42,582 nt of DNA from Catajapyx aquilonaris (lineage: Eukaryota). The stretch lies in the NCBI GenBank assembly GCA_000934665.2, contig JYFJ02003385.1, positions 1 through 42,582 of the forward strand, written 5' to 3'. Below are positions 1-12,200 of the stretch, piece by piece. Each line of letters begins with the position of its first letter. Within the stretch, counting starts at the first letter, position 1. A program made the translations under genes and the position numbers. The notes under the pieces are model-generated. The model was not told the DNA's origin. It saw nothing but the letters and a program-made list of their open reading frames with translations, and ran no database searches.

Positions 1-128
1 TCCGACTTTCGTCTCTTCCCCTGACATTACCGTTCGTCTCAGAGATAAACGGATGGTATCACCGGAATCAGGATTTTTTGCCTGATTTTTACAGATCGAC
101 TTGTATTTTGAGTGGAGTGTCCCTTTAA
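1..128. mobile_element. Probable end of a Kolobok-like non-autonomous DNA transposon
   Basis: Terminates ...GAGTGGAGTGTCCCT followed by TTAA (125-128), matching the CT-end/TTAA target pattern. The other end is outside the window. Confidence 0.35.
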
Positions 129-979
129 AGGTAATCTACAAAATCGCGAAGCTCTCAAAAGGTACATGAATTATCGACGGAGGTTTATTTTTACCCACGA
201 AACTTCCACTTCAGATACCTTTCCTTACTTTACATATACTGACATAGTGACTCAACTACTGTAGATCAAAAACATATTGAAAGCAAAGTGCAATACCAAA
301 ATACATATCGTATTACCACCCTTTCTCATCTTCCTAAACATCGATTTCTCGCAAAAAGTCATGTCTATAGGATATATGACGATTTTGCTATAAAGTGGTG
401 CATAAATAATTTATTGCATTGGGCGATTTCCGAAAAACTAAACTTATAGCATATCGGAAAAACTACAGGGCAACCGAATAAACCCACTTCAGTTATGCCA
501 TTATGTCAGCAATGATATCATAAAATATTTGCTCGCGTGTAACAATCGCCTCTGCATGCACCCTGTCTGTTGCATACGCCTATACCCTAATATTTAGCGT
601 ATAACAGGATATGCTCCGCAAGAACTTATCGAGTTTTTCTTCTCATAAAAGTTGATGAGCAAAAATATGAAAAGAAATGCCAACACTTTTCCAACAGTTA
701 AAAGCTCGGTCAGTGAACTTGCATCTTATGGAAAAGCATGCATGATAAAATACCTCCGCTGAAGATATATCGTCACGGCTGATATTTGCATAGGAATGAG
801 AAGAGACGGCACTAGAATAAAATTCAAGTGGCAATGCAATTTACTCCGAGAGGAGAGAAGAACTCTCCCATATCTCACGATCCCAAGTGCTTGAACAGGC
901 TTCTCGTCTGTGACGGTCCAGTAAAACGGGTTTTAAAAAGACGACGGAGGTTGAAAAAAAAAGCATATTGAATCAATCA

Positions 980-1209
<230 letters not shown>

Positions 1210-4200
1210 GTCGTCAATCTGCGTGGGGGGCGGGAAATGATAGGTCAGATTAGAGGCCGGAACTGACCACGATAAGTTCGCTTTATAATTACAGGATTAT
1301 TTGGGTCAACCATCACGCGTCTGTACAATGGTTAGAATCATCAAACCGTATCGAATATCGAGATTTTGGCTACTTTTACACACAGTGATTTTTTTCATCC
1401 AGCTTTTTAAATTTTCAGGACACACATTACCATAAGTCATATTAGTGAAGCTGTAAGTTTATCATCATCTACCGGTACCCATTTACTTTTAAAATGATGT
1501 GCAGTAATACGTAATTATCCTGAACCTTCACTAATAACGCAATAAATGAGCCGCACAGGGATGCACTATTTCTAACTTACGAAGGATCATTAAACACAAG
1601 GGCAGCTAATTATTGGTCCGGAAACGTGCAACAGCAACTATACACAAGGTTTATATTTTGCCATTTGACTGCACAGGCCATGGTGACAATGCCACGTGAA
1701 TATCAAAGGTCGTGCGTCATTTGACTTTGTACTTCGTACCGCTTTTTTGTTTACAACAATGGCGGGTTTTTAATTTTCTTCTGAGTGGAACTTGATGCAT
1801 GAGATCTACATAAAAGACAGAGATCTTGCAGCTCTACCATATGACCCAAAAATATGGCTGACCTTCGTTTGAAGAAAGTGGGCCCTTGGAGCAGAGCAGT
1901 CACAGCAGATCCTATAGATTGCTGCCGATTTTCCTCGGTCAGTGCAAAGGGAAGTGAAAAAGCTATCTTGAGAGAAGTAGACAGGTCTGGAAGGTGTGGC
2001 TTTCAGGTCATGACAGGAGACAATTTGGGGAGAAGTCCCTGGATGCTGGCGGTGACGCCAATCTGAAAGAACAACGCAATAATACAGTGCTGCTGCAAGG
2101 CGCTGGCACATACAACAAAAAAAAGAATAATGCTGCTGCAGCCATATGTTAACTTTGATATTAACGAAGAACCCGTTTAAAATTATTTGCTATAGTACAA
2201 AAATATATTGAACTTTACAACCTGACGAAGACACTAGTCAAATTACACTGTAATTATTCTGCGTTCTATAGATAAGATTAATTCACAGTTTACATTGGTC
2301 AATAATATGACATTAATTTTAACATTATTTTAATATGATCATCATTTTAAAAGGCTGATGAACTACACATGACACTATCTTCATGGCCAATAGTTTGTCT
2401 CTATTGTTAGTAAAATTTTAGTCGGTTGATTGGCCGTAATCCTATATGCAATCACTTGCTTTTCAAAATCCGACTGCAGCAAAATTGGTTTGATGCATCC
2501 TAATGCAGCAATAGCAATCAAATTCATTGGCTATCATGTGGATTGCAGGCTAATGCTCATCACCATTTTAAATAACAAAAATCACCTGCAGGCAGATCAT
2601 ACACCGGTACCGACATGAAACTTTGCTTTATCACAACTTTACGGCTCAATATACTCGTTCTAGTCAACATTGCCAATTAATCATTCTCATATTGACCAGA
2701 TAGAAGTCAGGAGCGGAAAATATTTGACGATTCAGCCTGAATAGCCCATCATTAATACCTGACGTTTCAATTGCATTCGGTAGGGTCTCGTCATCGGAAA
2801 TCTACACCATTGGGCCCAGACCTCGCTTGTCACACCACATGTCTCCAATAGATCTTCATCACTTGACTTTTTCCACGACGAGCAAGGTTACCTCCCGAGT
2901 GGAAGGAATTCCGGTTCACTTTCCTCTTTGAACCGAGATCTTCCACCATCGATGCCATTACCCAAGCCTATCGGCGACGCAAGAAAACGACCATTTTTTT
3001 CAGACGGTAAAGGAAAAATGCTGAGGGAAACCTTGGACAAGTGCTACTGCATTTTTTTTTTGTCGTCTTTCACAAGTGCCCCCAGGAATTTTGTTGGAAG
3101 ATAAAACCCAGGACAGGGATGAAATTTCCATTGGGGAATCAAACTTTTTTTCCTCCAAAACTGACTTTTCTCACCCGGGGCCAGTGGAGGTAGTCCCAAT
3201 CCACAACTGATCGACATTGTTTGATTTAATGACGCCCTCTCCCGCAGGTTTGAAAGAATCTCGTCAAAATATTTTCACAAAAAATGTAGTACGTAACTTT
3301 AGAGGAGTAACGGAGTTAAAATGTAGCTGCTGTTTTAAGAGCCGGTAATGGTGTAATTATGGCAATATTGATTGGATCCAGGAAATGACTTGCCAACCGA
3401 TAATGTCTGCCTTCTAATTACTCGCAGTAGGAAGTTACACCCATTGGGTTTGCTTGTAACCAAATTGAGGCTAAAAATAGCTTCAGGGATCCCAACCGCT
3501 GCCCCTGTATATTTTATGAAGTTAACGTTTAATTCGTAATACTTCGCACCCACTTTTGGCTCAACATGGAGACGGTGTACAGTACATATGCCTTTGCACA
3601 GAGTAATTATTTCAACATAAGGCTACTGAGTCATGACCTGCCTGTTGCCAACTGAGCAAAATAGTTGTTCGACATCCTGGTTGGCTTTCTCACTTACAGT
3701 ATCTGTGCAAGTGTAAGCAAAATAAAAATGTCGTGTGTTTCAGCATTTACAACTCTTAATCTGAACAATAAAGCGTAATTTGATGCTGTCCTCGGTGCAG
3801 GCTAAATATACTGTGCAGCTATGGATATAGACAGGTCTATCTCAGGAGAGTAGTTGTTACAGTTTACAGGGCGAATGATTGATTTTTTCTCGGAATTGAG
3901 TGACGTAATGCGGCCTTTATCTGGTTTTTCCCTGGGTCGTATTTCACGTCATTGTTATTATTCACTTTGATAGTGTATTAAATTGAGCTCACTAGGTGAG
4001 CCAAAAACATCTTTCACGACGGATTCTTCCCGTCACATAATATATATTATGGTGCCCTTAATATTGTAGATCGAACGGGTTTTTTATTGCCCCGCATTTT
4101 TCAATATTTCTGAGAATCACGTAAACTTGCATGATTTGATGGAAACAGGCAGTCGTGATCTTTCCGGATTTGCCGGAGCCAATAAAGTTGATTTTTCCTT

Positions 4201-4525
4201 GAAAATATGCCACAGTGTCCATTTCTGAAGTGTAATATAACACTGCCGGCATGGTTTTCAAATAGCTGCTAAATACACGTTCATAAAGTTGCTTCCCTTA
4301 AATTCAATATACATGTAAAGTGTAAACTATTGTCATTGCAGGGAATAACACACTGTACAAGATGTTTTCACTCCAAAATCAGCCACGTTTGGCAAAAATA
4401 CCATACCAGCCAGAAAGACCCAATCGATTTTATACGTAAAAAATATCACTAAACCAAATCCCCATTTGCATAACGTCACGGTCCACTACATAATTACTTT
4501 CGAACTAGGCTGAACGAGTTTGAAA

Positions 4526-5168
4526 AGGGCATCCCTGCGAATTAAAAGTTTAAAAAATGCATAATCCTATTTTTACCTATGCCATTTAAAGCCTCCAACC
4601 ATTCGCCAAAAATAGCAAATAGGTTAAGTTTTAATCATCAATTTCGACTGATTCCAAGTGCAAATGGAAAAGCGTCATTTAAGCAATTTTAGGGAAGGTC
4701 GGTCGACGTTAGGAAGAGCTGGCAAACAGTGTGAGTCTGGGATCCGCAATCACGGCATGTTTGGCTCTGAAAAACGCACTGCGCTATTTTGGGCAGCAAA
4801 CTCTTCCTCCCCACTAAACCCACAGGCCGGATACTTGTCAAGCAAAAGGCGCCTTCTACTGCTGCCTGCTTGGATCCCAAAAGTACTTCCTTATTCCAGG
4901 GAAACGTCCCGATCATTACGCCGCCTCCTACCACATGACCTGAATTTTCAATGCAAGACCTGGGGAAAATCTATGCTCTTTTTAGCGTTTTCTTCTTGCT
5001 TCGTGAATATAAATGGCGTGATCGTGGACTACCCCCCTCCCCTCCCTTTACGAAATATGGGAATTGCATAGCCATATTTTACAGTGCCAGGCTACCGGTC
5101 TAGGTTTGTGGGATGCTTTTTTTTCAGAGTGTGACAGTTTCAATTGCGGGGAAGTCAGCCGATGCCCT
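4526..5168. mobile_element. Possible old Kolobok-like non-autonomous element
   Basis: 8-bp terminal inverted repeat AGGGCATC...GATGCCCT with TTAA on the right. The left flank (GAAA) is degenerate. Confidence 0.3.
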
Positions 5169-6952
5169 TTAATCGTCTGAAGCTTACTAAAAAATTTATC
5201 AATGATGGTTCTCCAATGTTAACTATAATTTTCAAAATTTATCGGGGCAAATTGTGAGAAACTTGGTGCCTTACATATGCCTAAAGTACAAGTGTAAAAG
5301 CAGTAACGTTTCCGCATCGCACTTTCATACAAATTGCAGGCAGGGAACGTGGCAAAAAGTAAAAGGCCTCGAGGGCAGAGTTGGTGGTCACATAGCTCTG
5401 AAGTGGCTGAGGCAGAAAACGCAGAAAGTGTCAAAAGCATCCAGTACGGCACAAAAGAGGTGTAACTCAATTACTCTCATAACTGTTTTGTAGATATTTC
5501 CCGCCGAGAGAGGACTGGGGAAAATCCAAACATTTTCTGGGCAAATTTTCCTCCAAGTTTAGACATAAAAAAACACACACAGCTTTTCTCTCCCAGCGAT
5601 TTAAATGTCGGGCAAGGATTGAAAAACGACATCTGCAAAAAAAAAACTCTTGCTATTCCAACAACAACGCAGGTCGTATGCAAATTTATTCAAAAGCCGG
5701 TGCCACAATTTTCATCCCAAGCGGAGCGATGTTTGTGACTCTGCTTTTGATTTGTTACTCCTCAGACTCGAAATTTTGCAAAAATATGTAACGTCAGACA
5801 TGAAACGGAAGGCGGTCCAAAAAAAAACACCCAGTAGAACTAGTAGACAATAAAATACGATGTGGGGGTTCTAGAGGGGGGTCTGATCCACAAATGGATA
5901 GCTCAGATGAAAGGAAACAGAGTCGGGGAGGGTAGCAATAGAGGCGTGAAATGTGTACGAGGTCTAGATGGGGTCTTCCGATGCAGCCTAACGACACTTG
6001 GAAACAGCTTCCCTCAATCGATGTCCCATATCGATTTCATCCCCGACTTGCGAGCAATCTTCCGGGAGGTTGGATGCTGCATTTTTGAGTACCTGCGAGC
6101 GACTCAAATCCACGCCCTGCTTGCCAAATATTCACTCGCGGCTTAATTCTCTAGTGGGATTGGAAACACGCGCTACGTTGGCCTCTTCGTCGAGGTCAAA
6201 AATCTCGTATCTGATTGACTATCCTAGAGCGTCGCTTTTTTTTCTGACCTCTTTCTCTTTTCAATGGTTTTGATGTACTGTATTGACTTGTAATGCCTAC
6301 TGAAACTTTTATAAGTGGCATCAGCTGTCCGCTTGTTTTCGCCATATCTGGGGCCTTTTTTCTTCTTCGATCTGATGGAATCGGGGCTTACTACAGGTTG
6401 TCAGGCCCATCATGCCGGGATGTGTTCCTTTAATTGACCTGTTGTGCTGTAGTTCATGTAAGTAGTCAATAAAATGAATACATATCTCGTAGTACAGTAC
6501 TATAGACAAATGCACTTATTTGCGTGTTCATTTTATAGCCTCTAATCTCTGTATGGTACTTGCTGCTGTCTACCGTATAATATTATGTTAATGCCAACTC
6601 GCCCATACATATGAAGGTATGATTATATTATTACTCAACGCAATCAGATGTGATGCAGTGCCCGATAGCGCCGGTGTTGTGTAAATAAACTGATTAATGT
6701 TTAATTTGGAATGAACACATAATCTCATATATAATTTATTAGCCCACGCAACCAAAAGAACTTTCCACATGCATGCGGATGATAGTGACTCCTAGTCGAC
6801 ATACTCGTAACTTGTTTGTGGCTGCCCACAAAATGGGATATGCCTAACTGTTCACAGTGAAATAATAATGATTATTCACCACTCAGAGAGGAAGGAATTG
6901 GTGGCGATAGTGAAAGAAAGGCTTTAAAACCTAGTACCATAATTCGAGAAAT

Positions 6953-7240
6953 AATAATAATAATTAATACCCCGTTATCAGCCATCATCGGCTCTTTAGG
7001 GAGGAAGTTTGTTTTACCAGGAACTCTTTGCTTTTCATTTTACTGTGCTCTTTGGGATAGGATAGGGACAGAAGGAAGCGGCTGTGGCCTATTAATTACG
7101 GAAGCAACTCCGGAATTTTCCTGGAAGGACCGTGGGAAACCACAGAAAACCACGGTCAGAGTTGCCGGCCCCGGGATTTGATCCCAGGACCTCCCGATTA
7201 GCAGTCGGACACCATATCCCCTACTCCAAACTGCTTCGGT
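6953..7240 (-). mobile_element. tRNA-derived SINE, family A copy 1
   Basis: Highly similar to 25119-25402 and 28790-29075. The - strand has a tRNA-like head (A box, GACTGCTAATC anticodon-like arm, degenerate B box) and an (ATT)n tail. TSD ATAATTCGAGAAAT (6939-6952) / ATAATTCGAAAAAT (7241-7254). Confidence 0.9.
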
Positions 7241-9184
7241 ATAATTCGAAAAATGGGTAGATCATCATGAGATTTGTGCTTTGTTGTAGGTATATGATAA
7301 TAATTGCGTCGCATTATGGAGCTATGTTGAATTTTGTGAAATTAAAAAAAAAAAACGGCCAAGGGGCATACTTAGTTGGATTATGGAAATATTTTCAAAT
7401 GAGCACTTCAGGGTAGGAAAGTTACAAGGCGCAGGCCTGATATCGGAATCACCCTGATGCTATTTTATCGGAATCTATACTACATCATACAGTATAGGTA
7501 TGCAGTAAAGTACACTGTCTTCCAATCTTGTTTCCATCAAACTACGCGTATAGTTATATTAAGTTAATTAAACGCGCGTCCTTTACAGGTGAGTCTGTGA
7601 ACTCCAGGTTAAACTTCCTCCAGTCGCCCAATGAAAGTCTAAAATGTAGGGGTAATAAATGTAGAAATCCCAACATTAACGATGTAGTCGATGAAAACCG
7701 AAAATCACGGCACGAACCACGCACGACCATGCTCCACTGTATGTCCTTTGGAATATGGAAGTCCAGACTCTCATCCGTAAATATCCCTTTATGAAAACTG
7801 AATCGAGTATAACCAGAAGTACGTTAGTCCGCTTGCTTCCTGCAAGGTTTATGGGCAGCAGCTGTCTTCGACAACAGGATTTTGAGTGCATCTAACCACA
7901 AAGGAAACCATTGAAACCAACTGGACTTGCGTTCTCTCGCTAGCTTCTACTAGCTATGAACGCTTCAGCTGCTCCATTTCTTCACATAAAGCTATGGCAT
8001 CAAGTCTCTCGTGCCAAGTGAGCGAAACAAATTGGCAGTAAGTGAACATGTGTATGCATAATTATGCGTCGGAAATGCAGCAATAACCTCTATTGCTTTT
8101 ACAATCTTCCTTTCAGGCCGTATTAAAAAGTCCTGTGCCAGTGCAATGCCCCAAGCTGCGAAGGCTGTTCCACCATTGGAAGCGCCATCCAGTATGGCGT
8201 CACGTGTGTCCAGGCAAGTGTCCGAGTAATGTAGAGAACGACACGTGCCGACGATAGCAGCGAAAGTGACATCCTTGTATTGGCATCGTTGGTTGTGATG
8301 GAGCCTATGAAGAGAGCTTGAGCGTCCCTGAAACCTGTCCCTCCGGAGCCATTCCCCCTGGCCGTGAAAAAGTATGGGGGCAAAGGGAGCTCAAGATGCG
8401 CTCGAATGGACCTGCAAAGCCCAGTTAATAGCTGCCAATCTCCCGGATAAACGGTCTCCAGGATTAGCCTCAATGAGTTATGTAGTTATTCAGTCCATGC
8501 GTGCCAACCCTGCTGTCCACTTCCTTCTCTCCACGCCCAATTAATTATTTTGCAAGTAGCTTAGACTCAAACACCCTAATCCTCTTACATTACTCGGGAA
8601 CGACTCTTCCGGACCTCACGAGACTAATCTGCAGGCAATAAAACTACCTGTGGAGAGCTCCTATTGACATGCAATAGGACCATTAAGGCATATTCCATCG
8701 CCCTCTTCAAAACGTCACATATTAATTAATGTTTAAAAAAAAGTGTAATCTCTCTGGCAGCAGGTACTACAGCCTAATAAATCCTCTCATTTGATTATAA
8801 CGGATGAGGCAGTTCCATTATCGTGAAGTAAACGTTTCATTATTCACTGTAAAATGCGACCTATTTCGCTTCATTATATGCGGTTCATTTGTTATCCGAC
8901 AGCAAAAGAGGACACAATACGAAACTGTACCTTGCTCGCAATATTAATTAACAATGAATAAAGGACATCAATTTTAGCAGCGCAAAATATTTAAATCATA
9001 TTCATCCGCGTCCTTCGCAGGCACGCTCATTAAATTGCAGCACACGGGGATGACGTACTACGTGTGATCGCAACAGTATACAGATTCCAACAAAATGCCA
9101 TTTAGATGCCATACGGTAATTAACTTCTACATTTGGCCCCCTCTAGTGAAGCTAGGTGTCATTTTGTTCATCAATATTTTCAGC

Positions 9185-9259
<75 letters not shown>
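9185..9259. repeat. (AAT)n microsatellite, about 25 units
   Basis: Perfect trinucleotide run; explains the poly-I and poly-N ORFs. Confidence 0.98.
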
Positions 9260-12200
9260 GTTTCAGTACCCCCAGAACTGTAATTCATATTTTCATTCTT
9301 CGTTACTTACACATTTGTATCACGCGCTTACAGCAAATTGGCATAACTGTAATAGGCCTACCTGCGAACTCACTCTTGACGTTCCCGTCACGTCCTACTC
9401 GGCACGATTGAAACAGGGCCGAAAACGGACCGGATCTAGTAAGCTAGGTGGAATATTGTTTTATTTTATTTTTGCGGAGGGAGCAAAGAGTGAAGCAACG
9501 GTACACGACTAGAGAAAATCTTGTTAATCTGACAGCTCATCCTGGCACTTGTAAAAGGCTTTCGCGATGGAGAAGTTAGCTCGTATATAGAAGTAAAAGA
9601 GAAGGAAGGATGAGTCTTCATTTCCCAAGTCTGCTGCTACGATGGCTCGCGGGCCTGATTAGGAAATATCGCCTCGTTATTCCCGGAATTACGCCCATAA
9701 TTCACTTTATATTTCCATGAGAAGCGCCACTATTTCGTCTTATAATAGGAAAAAGTGAGAGGCCAGGCTTCCTTCTTCCTTGAACTATTTATACATGCAG
9801 AAGGAAGAAACGGTCGCTTCTTTGGTCATCTGTATGTGACATTGACTAATAGATGCACCCAAAGACTCTTTTTTTTATTGCAAATGAACAACTCTTCTGC
9901 GAATTTATTTCCTCCCTTCCCGATGAAATATTGGAATTACGTGTTTGTGGGGGGAAATGACCCCTTTTATCCTCTCTCTCATTTATGAAATTGATTTTTC
10001 CACAGTTCTTCCATCTACCCCTCACATCTGGGAAGCGGCTGAATCGGGCCAAATAATGTCCGTTCCCAATTACAGAAGCGTGAAAAATGAATGAAGCGAG
10101 AGAATCCCCCAAGCAAACTGTACATCAGGCATGTGATCCTATTTTATGCATGCCGATATTCGACGGAAGTAGCGATATTATTATTTTTGCATTTGCAGTT
10201 GCATAATGTAAGTTGCAGAAGTCGTTGCTTGTGAAATCTTCAGGCTGTACAGTAGCGTGCTTAAAAAATTCAGAAGTATGCACAGTATTTGAATCGGAAA
10301 TAATATTTCAATATTGCGCTACTTTCACGATTATTTTAAATATTTTTGTAGCCTGCATAGCTGTACATATTATGCGTATTTTTGAAATCATATCTGCCAA
10401 CAATATAATCGGGTTACCTATTGTAACAACAACGGATTCCCTTCCTTCTCTGTACCGTTTAACTTGTGCTGTGCATGATAGCACTTTTATCTCCACATAT
10501 AGTATACCATTACAGTCTAGTTTAAAATCATCAAACGCCACATGTCGGTCCAACTGAAGTTAGAGTAATTTTTTTTCACATCATGGTTGCTGCTCACGAA
10601 TATATAGGTTTGTGACTAACAAGTACTGTACCTCTGGTGGGTCTCACAGAGGCCTCGTTGAATGTAATGACTGCATGTCGTCTCCCCACCTGCAGTGGTG
10701 TACATTAAAATCTTTTTTGGCAGAGCACTGATTTGATCATGCTACTCAACTGTAAAACTCACCACACTAAAAAAGGTGATATACCCCTAACCATTTTGAT
10801 TGCTGCTTCTCTGTAGTATTTAAGTCCTTAACTCTTGAACTGCTTTGGCAGCTCACTACCCTGTCCATATGAATGCCTTTTGTCAGCGTTACATATAGGT
10901 TCACAAGCTCCATAGCCCTTCTAGCATAAATCTTTAAAGGCGAGATGTGGTGTGAAGAGGCCACAACATGTTATTTCTGGTTCCCCGAAATGACTAGTGC
11001 CCACAGCCCAGGTGAAGATAAATAAACGGTCTGGTATTCTCCAACGAGGCGAAGAAAGGAAACCACTATAACAGAGGGTGTGCGTGTGTCCCAGAAAAGA
11101 GACAAAGCGTCTCCAGATATTTCTGTGCCTCTGGAGGAAACACGATGACATTCTTGCCAGCCGCTCGTCCATTAGCGTCTCCGCCTCTTGGGAGTGCAAG
11201 CCAGCAGCTAAGGGGACCCCCATCTCGCCGACTTGTTTTATTTCAACTAGTGCCATTTGGAACACTCGTTTCATCTTTTCCCAGCACGTCCTGCCCGACT
11301 GCCTGCCACATTTGCCTAACTAACTCGGGACTCCGGCATATTTCCATTAATAGCTACGGACTTGCACGACTTACATAAATGGGGATTCGGCTGTATCGGC
11401 GGGTGAGGACTCAACGTCGACCTGAGAACTCTGATGCAATGAAAGTTTTCCCACATTGGAGGGCATGCTGAATATATTCAGGCATCAGGTGACAAAATGG
11501 GACAAAAAAAATCTAATTAAAAATGTCGCTTATTAATTTCAAAAATACTTCATTCGCTGTAACGAAAACACGTAATAATCAAAAACAGGATCGCAGCTAC
11601 CAGCGACTGTAAACCATCTAAAAATAATCCTGCTCATTCCTAAGCAACGCCCACGATCGAGATTATCCTTTCTGTGCAAATGAACAGCCATGTGCAAATA
11701 CCTTTTCTTAACTACACCTCTCCCCCAGCATGCAAGTGGGCGTCTAACCTTGACCTTCCAATTTGTCACAATGGCTAGTCCTTGATGAAATAAGCGCCGT
11801 TGTCGTAAAATAAAACTCATCCTTCCCCTAAAATCACCCCTTGACCTTTAATATATCATCCTACGCCCCATCCTATCCGGCCTAAATTGGTCAAGCAAAA
11901 TGGTACCGACACACCTTGCGTGCAAATCCTAATCAGGCGAATCCCTCGGGTGGCTTATGCAAATCTCCCTTCCCAATAGGCAGAAAGGTAGAGAGTGACG
12001 TTGTCAGTGAGTGAGTCGAAATAAGTGCCATCTGTCAGCATCCAATATCTGGGGCAGTGCAGACTTGTCATGGTGGCCCCTTGTCGTGGGCGCCAGCTGA
12101 GTCAACACAGGCCAGGCACAGCCCTATGGCACTTGTTTGAGGACAACTTTAGAATCTGGAGAGGCTAGAGATGGCCTTGGGATCTGGCTATAGGGATACC

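Noticed and set aside
6370..6400. RNase MRP CR-V-like motif (ATCGGGGCTTACT; a similar one lies near 14015)
   Set aside because: No matching upstream CR-I (GAAAGTCCCC) on the same strand to form P4.
8116..8473. GC-richer block with a strong + strand acceptor and a 116-aa - strand ORF
   Set aside because: No translation checked gave a recognisable protein and no partner exons were found; a lncRNA exon cannot be excluded.
9095..9411. Poly-I / poly-N ORFs (and the poly-L ORF at 32335-32643)
   Set aside because: Artefacts of (AAT)n microsatellites.
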